A stretch of DNA of 63,437 nt, counting the filler, from Bigelowiella natans CCMP2755 (Eukaryota; Protista; Cercozoa), in the NCBI GenBank assembly GCA_000320545.1. It is 5 parts of 5 records of this genome, joined end to end, with 100 filler letters (N's around TTAATTAATTAA, not from the genome) between each part and the next. Parts side by side here need not be neighbours in the genome. Positions count along the whole stretch, not along the records: positions 45,448 to 52,078 come from ADNK01000915.1; positions 52,179 to 63,437 come from ADNK01000568.1; 3 more parts are not named here. One strand, given 5' to 3'. Every line of letters starts with the position of its first letter. Position 1 is the stretch's first letter. This document shows positions 45,463 to 59,706 of the stretch, in pieces. The notes beneath the pieces are model-generated. The model searched no databases. It was not told the origin of the DNA and worked only from the letters and a program-made list of their open reading frames with translations. Made by a program: the position numbers and the translations under genes.

Positions 45463-45771
45463 ATACAGCGTCGGGGAACATCCAAAGCTGTCCCTCCCAG
45501 CCTCCGTATCGCTTGCAAAAGTGTTCTCGAAGACGGGCCTCAAGATTAAGAGCGTAGAAGAGACCTCTCTCACCGGAAACCAGCCCCTCAAACAGGTCAA
45601 ACTAAAGGAAATACTCCAAGAAATACGGGGGGGGGGGGATTGATTGCTGGCAGTGATGCAGGATTTTGCCACCAAAGATAGTTTCACTCATCTATATTTC
45701 TGAACAAGTGGTTTTCTACGCTCATAGTGTCTTCTTCTTCGCTCGTTTGACGGTGAATTTGCTGTGTGTTA

Positions 45772-45808
<37 letters not shown>

Positions 45809-46104
45809 TGGATCATCGGCGGTTTCTAGATGGATGATGCGAAGCTCATTTGGAAGACCCACGAACCGTGGAACTACTCGCACCCAAAACCATACGACGA
45901 AAGGTAGCGTTGTCATATATTGTGTGTGTGTGTTCGGGAGTAATTAAGTCCTCTCTACCCACCGACGCATATACTCGCTTTTTAAGCTTAAACTTCATTA
46001 TCGTCGCTATCAGGATCTACATGAAGGAGGAAGGCTTTGTCGTGACTCTCCGACCGATGGAGCTGCGAACCTTCTGGGTCGAGTTTGAGGAGGAATCCTC
46101 TTAA
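45463..46104 (+). CDS. 3' end of a GH38 lysosomal/vacuolar-type alpha-mannosidase
   Basis: Exons YSVGEHPKLSLPASVSLAKVF...KSVEETSLTGNQ, KLIWK and VVTLRPMELRTF match the GH38 C-terminus (E.SL.ANQ...L.W...L.PMEIRTF). Confidence 0.8.
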
Positions 46105-46399
46105 AAGGTTATGCTCGTGTGCAGCAGCTATGCTCCAGAGTTCCGGCTGCTACACCTGCGCCCTGTTTTATCATTATGTGATTTCGAGAATATGGAGAAG
46201 AGGAGGAGGAGCAAAAGGGAAGAAGGATCATTTGGGTTTTCGGCTTTTTGGTTTTTACCGGTACCTCTTTGTCTAGTTCGGTGCAGAGTAGCAGGGCTGA
46301 GCAAACAAAAGAGAGTCCTTAGCTTTTGTATGATGACACAGCTATACGTTGTAAATCGTACAGAGTTGTGTTGACTTCATATATCTACTAATGCCTGAA

Positions 46400-47460
46400 G
46401 CGCGGCACGTTTCAGCCAGATATGCATTTAGACATCTAGGCCATGCTAGCATGTCTACGTACTAGCGTAGCTACTTGTCGCCTACGTAGATTGTACGCCT
46501 GGTATAGCTACATCGATCCAGAGATCCAGATCGATGATGTCTAGATAGCACACATCTAGACATGCTAGCATGGCTAGATGGGGACATCTATAGCGACACA
46601 GCGTCGCGCTACGCACGACTTCTGCTAGACATCTCTGCTAAATTTCTAGAGATGTGTGTGAGCTGTGCTAACATGGACACATGCTAGCATGCTAGCATGG
46701 CAGATGCTAGCTAGCTAGGATGTCGACACATCGCATCGTGCCTTCATCATCATCAAATGAGTCTGGAGTCACGTACATGCTGTCTAGTCACTACTAGACT
46801 ACGCCAGTTCTTCAACGCGCAAGCTGCTAGATCCATTAGACATGCAAAATCGCCTAAAAGTTTGTTCTGCATGCTAGCTAGCTAGATATGACTTCGTTCT
46901 GGCAACATAGCTAGATCTAGAGATTGCATGCTAGCTAGCTAGCACAGCTACAGCAGATTGGGATGGCCGATGCAAAAATGTGATTGCCCGCTTCATTGCA
47001 TCCGTCACGCGCTGCTAGCTAAGCTAGCTAGCTAGCTAGCTAGGTGAATCTAGTGAATGACAACGCGCACATTCCAGCATTCTAGCATTCAGCATTGCTA
47101 GCTAGCTAGCCAGCTGGATTGTGGTTTAGCGCTCACATGTCCTAGATGTCTGCTACTAGCTGACTAGCTGTCTAGCCTGCCGCACCTGCTAGCATAGCTA
47201 GCTGCATGTAGCCTGCATCATGCTGTAGAATGCTAGAATGGTCGTCTAGCTAGCTCTAGAGCTAGGTGGCATGGAATGCATCTACTATATCTAGCACTAC
47301 TTGACTAGAGCAGCTAGCTAGCTAGCTAGCTAGGCAGGCTAGCCTAGTAGCGGGTATGATCGAGATAGTCATAAAAAGTTGCAGCTACGCATTGCACTAT
47401 GCTAGTGTGCTGGAAACCTAGCTACGCATCGTAGTTGTGGTCTCTAGCAGCCATGTAGCT
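46400..47460. repeat. Low-complexity CTAG/GCTAGC/CATG-rich block between convergent gene ends
   Basis: Dense GCTAGC and (GCTA)n runs with TAG stops in all frames; no ORF of 60 aa or more lies within the block in the provided track. Confidence 0.85.
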
Positions 47461-48025
47461 AAAACTGCATGTTACTGCACGACTCCAATGCAAAGAGGCA
47501 AGCGGTAGAAACCGAAATATACACATAATAGCTGAATGTATATACATACATATATGTACGTACGTATGTATGTATATGCATATTCCTAGCATCTTCCAAT
47601 GAAGTAAATTTTGCACAAGTCACTCAAAGCACTAGAAATGACATGAAATGTCGAAAACTATTGTTAATAATGCAGATCGGTGGTTCATTAATGTACACTT
47701 GTGTACATGACTAAGCATGCATATACCCATCTGTGTGGGCGGGGGCGGGGGCTTAGGTTGCTGCTACAGCACTGAGCAATTATCGGAATGCTTTTTGCAA
47801 GAAGAGGTAGAATATCCGAATAAGACGAAATAAATCATTTACCCCAATCCTCCTCCCCTTCCGTTCCGTCGAGCAACAACTGTTTATTATTACACATCAT
47901 CCTAGAAAGGGGCGGCTGACTACACGTACCCTGCTACGATGGGCTAAATAGTAAAGCTCGAGGGATAGAGTAGTGTGTGACGAATCCTACTACTACTGCT
48001 ACGCGGTTGTTGTTATTTCGATCTA

Positions 48026-50482
48026 TCAGCTGGTGTCGCTGCTATTGCTGCTGCTGCTAGAGGGAGCAGCTTTGTCCTCCTCCTCCTCCTCCATTTCCAA
48101 GATTGGACGCTTGCACAGGGGGCATAGCGGGTTCTAAGGAATGATAATGGTGATGATGATGGCAACATCGTCGTTATTATGTAGTAGCCTCCACGCTTGT
48201 TTATAAGGACACCCCTCCCCTTCGAATGGGCCTCATAACCGTTTTACTAATGTTGTTGTCGTCTGCGTGCATGTGCATGAAAATATAAACAGCATGTAAA
48301 TTGAAAGATACCTTGATCAGCCAATCGGTGATGCAGCCGCTATGGAAGCAATGGCCGCACGGCAGACGTTTCAGCATCTCTCCTTCTTCGTATTCGCATT
48401 GGCAAACCTATGATTAATTAGACGATCGAAGCAGAGAGAGAGGGAGGGGTGGGGGGAGAGTTTAGTGACAGCATCCAGAGCATACGCATGCAGGAGGAAT
48501 AAGAAAGTTGGTAGGGCGATTACGTATATAGGTATGTATTGATATCTTCTTGTGTTATTTTCTCATCGAGATCTTTTGGAACACCCGAAAGCATTTGCAT
48601 CAAATCTGTGAAATGTATCCCCCCCCCCCTCTCTCTCTCTCTCTCTGTGTGTGTCCGTCGTTACCAAGCACTTCTCCCCCTTGAATTCATTCTGGCCGGT
48701 GAAGCTGATGACTGGAAGATTAGCTACAGCCTGGAGATATGGGATAGGAGGCATAAAACAGTTAGATGAATAATCAGTTGAGAGTGAGAGTGAGAGAGGG
48801 AGAGGAGAGAGAGTAGTACAACATTAGCACTCATTCTCAATTATAATATACTTGCGACAGCTGTAGTGTTGAAAGCTCCTTTTGCTTTTCTACCGACTAC
48901 ACTTTCTCTACTCCTCTCTCTCACACACAAAAAGGTCAATAGTGTTACCTCCTCAGATTTTTTCTCCCAGTTTTCTTGTTTCACACTTCCGATGCGATTT
49001 CCGAGATCTACTAGTTCCTATGGACCCAGAAGAAGGAGAGGAGGAAGAAGAGGAAGAGAAAGAGGAGTATTGTTAGCAGCCTGACTGAATAACAAATCCC
49101 TCTCCTTGTTACGGCTAGAGCTGCTTGCGTTACCTCGTGTGTCATCTCATCGAGATCCAAATCATCCATATCTTGATTCTGCAACTGGTCATCTAGTTTC
49201 TCCTCCTCTTGTGCCAGCATCAAGGCTAAATTAATGACGTTTAGAGAATGATTGATGGTATATTGATGAACTTCATGTGAGGTGCCGTGTTGACGGACTT
49301 CCAACTGAAGAGCATTCTTTACATTTGGCGATAAAACCGTTTTTTCGACTTTCTTTTTCTATCGCTGCTGCCAACAGGCACAAAACTACTACTAGTATTA
49401 CTACTACTACTACTACTTACCTAGTTGCATGTCCTCATCTAAGGTTTGTGATTTTCCTAGGTTCATTGCTTGTCTCTTTGACTCTTGCACCGCCAGAAGG
49501 GTCTCGCTCTTGAGATAATAATGTATGTACGGAGCGAGAAAATCAGGAACAAAAGTGGCGGGGCCCAAGTATTATAGCAACACGCCCCCCCCCCCCCCCC
49601 CTATAACCCTGCTGCACAAACCTACCTGCATAATTCGATGCATTTCCCAGCTCTATGGATAGAAACACGGTTGTACAAGAACCACAAATACCAAAGATAG
49701 TAAGGGACTCTGGATTCGAATACGAAAATACGAAATGTCTGGAACATATATTCTACAAGATAACTTAGAGAGCGATACGTCAGAGATGTTCCGCATTTCG
49801 AAAGTTATGAAACACGCGACCAAAGCGCCCTGCCCCCACCCGAAGGAAAACGGGCTCCAGCACTCGCGAAGGGATTAGATTTTTGTTTTCATTGTAAGTT
49901 TGAAAAACCGCAACAAAGTATTTACCTCCTGACGCATAAGCTCAAGTGCTAATCTGACACTGGCCTCTTCATCGGCATTTGAGTTTACATTCTCCTTGTG
50001 CGTTGTCTTCAATTCCTTCGCTTCCTCTGATTGGGCAGTCTTGAAGGGGTCGACGTTCTCGGTCTTACAAGGCGAATCAGGGCACTACAACCATTTATAA
50101 ATATACATATACGAATCAATTAGTGAATCCAGTTTGAATGTAACTGGAAAGTTTGTAATGTTTGCCGTAATTCTTCCAAAAAGTTCGGAACATCGGAAAG
50201 TCAACATGGGGTCTCATTCGTTTTGGGCAATAGAATTTTGACAAGAGTTGTCCCCAATGGTTGAATACAATCAAGCTGTATTGTATTAATCGAGCAGAAA
50301 CGTAATCTATCGAGAGGGCTTCGGATACGGCAAGGAGATAAAACGAACAGGCACATGTTTGCTGTCCATGATTGGAAGGAGCAATGATCCAAGCGAAGTT
50401 AAAGCATAAGTACACGTCGGATAAGTGTTACCGATGGAAACATATGAGATGAAGACGGTTCCTCCGAAGAATTCGCGTTCAT
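48026..50482 (-). CDS. RING-H2 E3 ubiquitin ligase with UIM-like helices (BIG BROTHER-like), multi-exon
   Basis: Spliced DEEASVRLALELMRQE, DEDMQLALMLAQEE, DLDEMTHEELVDLGNRIGSV, CLVCQCEYEEGEMLKRLPCGHCFHSGCITDWLIK-NPLCPLCK. Start codon inferred. Confidence 0.88.
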
Positions 50483-51489
50483 ATTCGCTCAGGATGATAG
50501 GGGGTGGCTGTTACTGCTAGGGGTTGTGGAAGGGGGACTGTGCTGTTCGATTCGAGAACTTACTTGCCTACAAATTACAACGTAATTGCAAAATCAATTG
50601 GGTTATCATATTGCGACAAAATAATTGTGGACGTTTTTGGCACAGAAAGGGGCCTGCCCAACGGAAAGGGGAACCTTCGATTCTAATATTCCCTAAGATT
50701 CAAGTGATTGACATGTGAACTCTTCGATTGTATAAATAATGCTTTTATGACAATACGACAACAAAATATTACCAAAATGTTCGTTGAATATGCTATTGTG
50801 AATACATTATTTGAGGAAGTCTGATCTGGAGTAAATTTGGAATAAGGCAAAGTTCTAATGCATGCCTTTTATGTTCATTTTGCAGAGAATGTGTGTCGAA
50901 ATCAGATGTGATTGATAATCGACGTCCAATCAAAAAAAATATATACGATACTGACGGGGACTAGAATAATAAAATGAATAAATAATGGGTATTTGACCAC
51001 ATAGCGTCACATAGTCTGCTTTTTTGCTTTAATTTGCTCGTTTCAATTTTTCCAAGCCCGAGGAGGAGAAAAGGGGAATTTGTGTCAAATAGATTCCCAA
51101 TATGCAAGTTATTTTCGAAATCCTCGTACATTTTTGGGTTTTGAATCTCCAATCCAACGGACATGAGAATTGTTTTTGGTGCGATTATTGATGCGACATG
51201 AAAGTGAATAGCTATGAGTGCGTCAGATTGCATAAGATGTCGTAGAAATGTTATTGTCTGGTATAAATATTGTTCTTTAGATGTAGGAATATCGTTCAAT
51301 ATTATATTGCGACTTCATCTACTGGAATAGAGTGTCGGAAATTGTATTCCAGCAAATATTAGTTTTCTGTCCGAAATTTATGCTAGGTTAACCCTGAGGA
51401 TGCTTTGGCTTAGATCGCTGGGAAGAGCAATTATGTTAAAATTATTATCGATTAAATATCGTAAATATTTAATTTAAAACTTGTCAAGT

Positions 51490-52320
51490 CCGCCCCAGCA
51501 GGATGGTGCTGCTTCTGCTGTGCATCGTGTTGAGCTCGATTATGGGGGCTTGGGGGCAACGCCAAGCTCCTCATGATGAAAATGGTTCCCCAAAGATCCA
51601 CGAAATGGGATTTATGCGGAACCTTAGTGTTCATTGTCTCTCACGTGACGCGGATACGTGCACCACTTCCGACGGGTGATCATGCTAAATACTTCGAGGC
51701 AGACTACAAATCACATTGACATGATGAGCAACTTATTTCCACGTGAGATAGAATTAGAATCCTTACAAACCATTGATGATTTTAAGTCTCTCGATCTCCT
51801 TCTCCCCCTCCTCCTCCTCCTCCTCCTCCTCCTCCTCCTCCTCCTCCTCCTCCTCCTCCTCCTCCTGGTGAACGATACGTTCCGCAGCACCCATGTTGCT
51901 CGTTAGCTGATCTACTATTCTCATCATGGACAAGCGCTCTCTCGATGCGAAGTATTTGGTGTCAGGGATTGAGTGGCAAGTAGCAACGAGCATGTGGAGA
52001 AGGGCGAGGGGACGATTCCCTGCCCTGTAGTAGTAGTAGACAACCAACATTTCACAGTGGTCGTATTAACAAGTTTTTNNNNNNNNNNNNNNNNNNNNNN
52101 NNNNNNNNNNNNNNNNNNNNNNTTAATTAATTAANNNNNNNNNNNNNNNNNNNNNNNNNNNNNNNNNNNNNNNNNNNNGTGCAAGTGAAAGCAGAGTTTC
52201 CCCCCCCCCCTCCCTCTTCCCCCTTCCCCTTCTTCTTGTTGAGCTGGGGACAATATCATCGTCATCCAGGGATTATTACACTTCAAACCGAGGAAGATAG
52301 GCCAGAGCGAGTAACCGTGG

Positions 52321-52355
<35 letters not shown>

Positions 52356-52683
52356 TGTAAGAGGGAGGGAGGGAGGGAGAGAGAGAGAGAGAGAAAGAGA
52401 GAGAAGGGGAGGGGGGTGGAGCAATATATAGAAAAGAACCCTCACACCCTCCCACGACAACAACAACAACAACAACAGATGGATACACCGAGTAGAAGCT
52501 CTCAGGCGGCGGTCCTCCATTATGAGTGAGGTGTTGGGCTGTCGCGAGAAGATCGATTCCATGGCAAGCAACATCCAATCCAGTCTTGAAAGGTCTGCTG
52601 AATCATCGGAAGATCAGCAATGAACGATGATGATGATGATGATTATTATTATTATTATTAAGCCGCACAGCATCATCATCATT

Positions 52684-52727
<44 letters not shown>

Positions 52728-52881
52728 ATCCCAAGCCCAGTATAACTCACGATGCCTAAATATGAACAATGTGCTCTCTTCAGGATCTCAAAGTTCGAGT
52801 CTCTCCTCGGCGGCATGTAAGAACGAAGACCACGCTGCTGCTGCTTGCTTTGCCTTGTATCGTGGTTCTTTCTGTGGTAGC

Positions 52882-52913
<32 letters not shown>

Positions 52914-53437
52914 CAGTGCGTGTTGCTGTTGTTGAAGTAGCAGTGGTAGGAATAGCAGAAGAAGAATGTGCGATGATATATGTGTATGTATTTTCAATAT
53001 ATGTATATGTATATGTACACACACACACACATTTCTATTACATATTATATCGTTGGTTTCAGGGGCACGATTGACAGCTTGAAGAGTGTTCGATCCAACA
53101 ACGAAGAGCTCATATCCAGGTGATGAGTGCTAGACGGGGCGCTGTGATCATGATTGCGATTTACATCATCGCCACCATCAGCAGCAGAATTACCATCATC
53201 GTCATCATCATCGTCTCATCATATCAGCTAGCCTCTTTGACCATAATCGTAGGTACGACACGAGTCAAGAAAGCATGGAGAAGCTCACGTGCAGCCTTCA
53301 AGATCTAGAGAAGAAGGTAGGAGGGATTTCGTCTTACGAGGCATATGCTGCTGCTTTATCCTTGCCTAAAAGCAAATTCTTGAATTATAATAAGAGTAAA
53401 AATAACGATTATATAGCTTGGTATCATGGAATGGGCG

Positions 53438-53485
<48 letters not shown>

Positions 53486-53837
53486 AGATCTCTACTGAAC
53501 TAGCTTACACAGCACACGCACAGAGAGCGATAACAACTTGCTCTGGCCCTATCCGTAATTTTCCTCTGTTGTTGTAGCAGCATTTGTTTTGGCGCAACGA
53601 CGAGCGTAGTTTTTCCTTTTTGAACATTCGTGCTCACATCTCCACCCCAGATCGAAGAAACCAGCGGCAAGCTAGAAGTAGAGAACGCCCGCCTGCACGA
53701 CACGTCAAAGTTGGAGCTCTGCCGAAAGGTCTGGTGGTAACGATGATGATGATGATGATGATGAATGATGTGTCGTTCCGAGGAAGGGTTGTTGTATCCA
53801 CTGTACACATACATACGCACAATAATATAAATAAATA

Positions 53838-53877
<40 letters not shown>

Positions 53878-54128
53878 CTGCCTGTTGTGTGTTTGTGTGT
53901 GTCTACATGCAATTATAAAAGATTGTTCGTGAAAATTGTTGTTGCTTCGGTGCCATATTCACTGCAGCGGTGGGTTGACGTGCTCCTGTGTGTGATTACT
54001 AGGCATTGAAGACCGTAAGGAAGGAGATAGCTGACATGGAAGTTCGGATAAATATTCTCAAGAATCAGTTGCTGAGTTATTGGTCACAAGACACTGCTGT
54101 ACCGGGCAGCCGTACAACTAGAAATTGA
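51490..54128 (+). CDS. Coiled-coil protein, possibly IFT57/Hippi-like; multi-exon, spans a gap, 5' end unresolved
   Basis: Exons GIITLQTEEDRPERWIHRVEAL, YDTSQESMEKLTCSLQDLEKK, IEETSGKLEVENARLHD and ALKTVRKEIADMEVRINILKNQLL resemble the IFT57 C-terminus (..KLKQE..EMD.RIGI...L). Confidence 0.45.
52079..52178. other. Assembly gap with TTAATTAATTAA linker
   Basis: 100-nt N/linker block. Confidence 0.97.
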
Positions 54129-54851
54129 TTTCATGGAGATATGTGGGGAGGGACGCAGGATTGAAATCGTTTCTCACAACTGAGATAGCCTCATTTGGCT
54201 CGCGACGGTGTGCAGCCTCAACGATATCTGTGCGCTGTTGCATCCCTGCTGTAAATACTAAGATACTCGCTCGTCACTTATCTTGCAGACGGGGGCAGGT
54301 CATCATGTTTAACTTGCAACATGCTAACATGTGTGTGCGCACCATCAGCAGCTGTAGCATGTTTGTTTTTCGTGTCAACACAAACAAGGCGGCGCATGAT
54401 GGTGCGACGTCTAATGAACACATGATAAAGCATCATTCTCATCCGATCGACATCCAGCAACACGTTGAGACATGTGCAACCAAAAAGGCCCCAGATCGAG
54501 CGACCAGCGTCACGGCAAGGCCGTGGTGGTGATAATTATGGGCTTGCAGTTTGCTGGAATCGGCTGTTGCCAAAATTGTGCACGCATGCACGCAGAATGC
54601 ATGCCAGGTGCATGCTACAAGTTCACTGCGCATGGCACTGCTAGAGCAGCGCACACGGACACGTGTGCAATATGTGTAAATGTGTTTCATGCTTAGCGGA
54701 AGTAGTTACGTTGCACGAGAACGTAAAGCAATTCTTTGCTTGCCATGAATTGCATGTGTGGGCGACCACCAACAGCAGAAGCCAAAAGGCGAACGGCCAG
54801 GCATACTTTAAACGTAGCACATACAGCTGAAAATAACCATAATAATTGTCC

Positions 54852-55204
54852 CTAGCCGCTGCCGTTTCGACGCCTCAGAGCTCCGTTTGAGCCGCCAGCG
54901 TGGTCTACAGCTTCCTGATAGGCAAACAGAGTAATCATGATTACTGTTGACGATGATAATGATGATGATGATGATGATATGGTCCTCTTCGGAGTGGGAA
55001 GGTTGCAAGTAATAGAAGTTAAGAAACAAAACAATACCCCTTGCACGGTGGGTGCTTGGTCGATTTCCTGCATCATCACGGAATAGAAATAGTTTTGAAG
55101 GAAGGAGGGGGGAGAGGAGGAGGAGGAAACTCAAGTTAGAAGAGTATTCTACAAGCAAGAAGGAGAACAAACGGAACCGGAGGGCGGGGTACAGTGATGA
55201 TGAA

Positions 55205-55235
<31 letters not shown>

Positions 55236-56323
55236 TTGTTGTTGTTGCGTTGGCCCTCGTCAAACAAGCATGCTTTACAGCGGACAGCACGACTGCCATC
55301 ATCGTATCATCCTCCTGGAGGACATGATCGAAAAGTGCACTGTTGCAGCACCACCACGTATTCAAACACATCCTACCTGCTGGTACTTTTGGGCTTCTTT
55401 CCGGAGGTGTGCCCGCGTGTCGTACAGCATTTTGTTGAAGCTTGCCCTGGCCTTTGAGGGCATTATATTAGGTAGGTAGGTAGGTCGGTAGGTAGGAAAA
55501 ACGATGAGAGGAGGCGAAAGGGACGAATCAAGGCAATTTAGACAGGGTTAGGAGGGATACCAACTTCCCCCTCCTCCTCACCATCCTTCAATAATACCCT
55601 CTCACCCTCTCACCTCTCGCGACGGCGGCAAAGGCAGAAACCACGTCAGGGAGAATCGTCCGCCAAACACCTGAATGGTAGTAGCGGGCATGATGATGTG
55701 TGAGCGGATGAGGATGTTTCTGCACGAATGATATCTTGGCAGCAGCAGCAGGAGCAGGAGGAGGAGGAGGAGGAGGAGGAGGAGGAGGAGGATGGAAAAG
55801 AAGAAAAGGAAGAAGAAAAAGAAGCAGGGCTAGTACGCCCCCCCACAGCACCTCCCATTCCCAAATATTCTTCTTCAACCCATCCATGCACACGATGTGG
55901 AAGAGAGGAGTATGTATTATTGCAGTTAATGTGGAAGAGGAGTTGAGACGCAGCGGCACAGGTGGCGAGCACTGCATCCTGGAACCAAATCACAGTATTC
56001 TCCGCCCCTCTTATGTGTGCGGCTCACACCTTCGAGTGAGTACACGGGATTGCATGGGGGCGGATAAACAATATATGCGTACACGCAGCAGGAGGAGGAG
56101 GAGGAGGAGGAGGAAGGAGGGGACAATTACATCTCTAAGATTTTCGCAGATGGGCCTCTGCCGGCCTTTAATTCCCTAACAGGGAGCAACCATTGTGGAA
56201 AGACAAAAGACGGAGCAGAAGAAGAAGAAGAAGAAGAAGAAGAAGAAGAAGAAGAGACCGTGAGAAGAATCAAGTTTACAGAGGAGCTTCATCATCTCTC
56301 TGCGACTCGTTCAATCTATGTTA

Positions 56324-56361
<38 letters not shown>

Positions 56362-57164
56362 CTGTAGACGGTCAATATACGGCGTGTTCTTGGAGATCGC
56401 TTCGAATTGGTCTGCCCCCATGCACCCTAACCGTCGCAGTAGCAGCAGCAGCAGCAGCAGCAGCAACACAGCAGTGATTTAAATCGATATATCTTGTTAG
56501 AACCATCAAGATTCCGTGAGAAACGAAATCATTCTGTGTGGTATCCTGGCTCCAATGTACACACACATACACACACACACACACACTCTTACACACATGC
56601 ACTTGCGCACCAGTGAATAGGACGAAGAGCAAAGCTTCCACGAAATTGATCACGCTGATGAAGAGAAAAGAAGGTGATGGTGGTGGTCAATAACTCGCCG
56701 TCTGCTGCTGCTGCTGCTGGTGGTGGCGGTGGCGGTGGTGTCTCAGTTGTAGAATTAAGCATATCTCACACGCCATTAGCTTCGCAGTAGCAGCAACAAA
56801 CGGAGGATTTTGTATCGGCAGCACTCCAACAGGGGGGGGGGGATTGGGAGAGGGCACATCATCACTTTCTCCTCTCTCTCGCCCCTCCCTCGCTATAGCC
56901 ATCAAAGAACGGAGGATCAGGAAGTATCATCATCATTTTGGAAAATGTTACTACTACTACTCCTACTATTACCACAGAATGACGTCATGCGGTTCTGGGT
57001 TGCAGAATGATGGCTTTGGATTGTGACGCTGTAGTAACGATGATAGGTGGGAGAGGAAAGAAAGGGATAATCAACATTCATAATCATTCTAGACGCACAC
57101 CCCCCACGCACTGTCCTCAGAGAGTATAGGTTTAGCATATTCACACACACACACACACACACAA

Positions 57165-57215
<51 letters not shown>

Positions 57216-57696
57216 TTTACACAGATGTATAAACTCTAATCAATGCATCGTACAACAACATACGCTGTAGTATCTGGACTGGCGGGAACAACTCCACGCG
57301 CGACTGGTAAGTGTTATCCCACCTTGGGTTGAGCAATGAGAAGAGAATAATTAGATGTGAGTATTATAACAACACAACAAGACATAAGGAACAAACGGGT
57401 GGGGGACGCTTCAAGTAGGGCAACGTTATAATCCACAACACATGACAATGTGGTGGAAGAATTCATGCAATTACAAGGGGAGGAGGGGGGGGGGGGGGGG
57501 GGGTATTACTGAATACACAGCAGAGGAAGGTGTAGAGGAGAAATAGAAGGAAGTATTTCTGTGTGAACATGCCGACCACATTGTTGACCCACGGACAATA
57601 CTGATGATAATGTAAAAGAACACCAACCAACAAACAACACACAAATCAGTTTTATTAACTAAACAGCAGTAGGAATGATCCCGATTATTAACCCTG

Positions 57697-57775
<79 letters not shown>

Positions 57776-58876
57776 TATACTGTTCTGGGAATAGATTGCG
57801 ATTTTCTTATCATATTATTACATGATCCATCCGCACCACCACCCTCCGAGCCTCCCTGCAGTAGTGAGCGGTTGGGGGCTTAATGACGTGTGACCTCTTG
57901 CAGACGTACTGAGAGATAGCAGCGAAAAGCGATGAGATGTTAAGAGCACAACGTCACGGGCAACGAACAGGTGATAATGATAAACAATTTTCGTTTAGTC
58001 TGTACGATGATGGCCAATGCGCTCCTTCTCCTATAATTGCGCACACACGCTCGTCCCCCCCCCCCTTACCCCTCTCTCTCTCTCTATCTCTCTCGCTGTT
58101 AGTCGCTCACTTACATTGCGTCTCGTGTCAACATCAAGAGGAGTGGGTGCTACGAAAGACAGAGGCACCGTCCCTGATTAAGTGGAGGAGGATGATGACG
58201 AACGACAACAATATTCAGAATTAATCCAGGTGTATTGTAAGTCAACAGAAAATAGTCGTGTAAATGATAGCCTATTTACCAGGATTCGTGAACCGGCACA
58301 TGTTGTGACTTATCACCGCCAGCAACTGAAAACAACATTACGACGATGAAGGAGGCGCAGATAGTACGAGGCCAACCAAACAGGGAACTCAGATCATCAT
58401 GCATACGCAATAAGACAGTTCCAACCATAACGATTGAGTATCCGATTGCACTGTACGACAGCGTTCCATACCATGGACCAATCACGTACTTCATCTGTAC
58501 GTAGCTGATGATGATCATGATTTGGAAGGGGAGGGGGGGAGGGAGGAGGATGCGAGTCAGCGAGGTCCTTCGTTACAGATACGAGCAGGAACTTACTATG
58601 CGAAGAAGTGTAGAATGTTTGTGACAAATGCACAGACGAGTCCGCAGCAATCCCCCGTGACCCACCACGGCCATCGTAACTCAGTCTGGTCAGGAGGGAG
58701 TGCCTCCTTTGCGAGTGAAGAAGAAGAAGAATCAAGGAAGGGGGAAATACATAAGGTCTGGCATGTTCTAAGCATCGAGACTCCGTAGCAGCCTAACTGT
58801 GTTTATAATGATATCTTCCGCTCTCAGTTCACTGTTCCTCTCTTATGTTAACCTTCTTATTCGTTTCGCCGCTCAT
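54852..58876 (-). CDS. DHHC-family protein S-acyltransferase (ZDHHC3/7-like topology) with a DHYC motif, multi-exon
   Basis: WVTGDCCGLVCAFVT, SHNMCRFTNPGTVP, CKRSHVIKPPTAHYCREARRVVVRMDH|YCPWVNNVVGMFTQKYFLLFLLY, DQFEAISKNTPYID, NLRDVFGGRFSLTWFLP. Confidence 0.9.
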
Positions 58877-59706
58877 AAGCTTTAAACCCTGGCGGCGAGT
58901 GACAAATCTCTCTCAGAGCCTTGACAGACAGGGGCCACGATAAATTTACTTAGAAAAATGCGACTTTCGAGGTTGGGTTATGAAATCAAATCGCAACACA
59001 ATTTGCTTGGCTCATGTTAACATTGAAAACTATTCTTCTCTGTGACAATCAATACAGTGTCGATTATGTTATTGATTTCTTTCAGCTCAATGAAAAAAAG
59101 GAAAACTCTAACCACTGACCAATTCGGGTACAGAAGAGAATAATACGTGTCTTCGAAACTATAATCGGCCTACCCTTTCAGCGATCCTCCTCGAGCTAAG
59201 CCCCTCCCAGGTCAGATGTGGCCCACAGGATGATGATCACGCGGAGCCAGGAAGTCACGAATTTATTCTTGGCTCTCGTGGATTCTCGGAAGAGTCTCGG
59301 ACGCAACTCCGTCAGCAACTTCAAGGACGATTTCGAAGTGGACGAATTTAAATATCGAAATTCATCCTTCGATGATGGACGGCTTATTTTCCTTCTCGGA
59401 TCATAAATTCATATGGGTACGACAATTTCTCATTGATGTCGTACAAATAAAACAAAAGGCTAATTCATTTTCGTCCAACTTGACAGAGTTGTCGGATGTG
59501 TCTGAGAACACAAAATTCCACTGCGAGCGAAACCTAAAGCTTCAGCCTTAAGTATCGATATGGAGCGGACTGTCGTTCGGCTAATTTATATCTGCGACAA
59601 TCAAAGACTCACGACGTTCTTCGTGAATACCTCTTATTTTGGCTTGTGCTCATGAGGTTCATAAAGACTGCGTTGCTTACTACAGCTCGTACGAAGGGGC
59701 CCCCCT

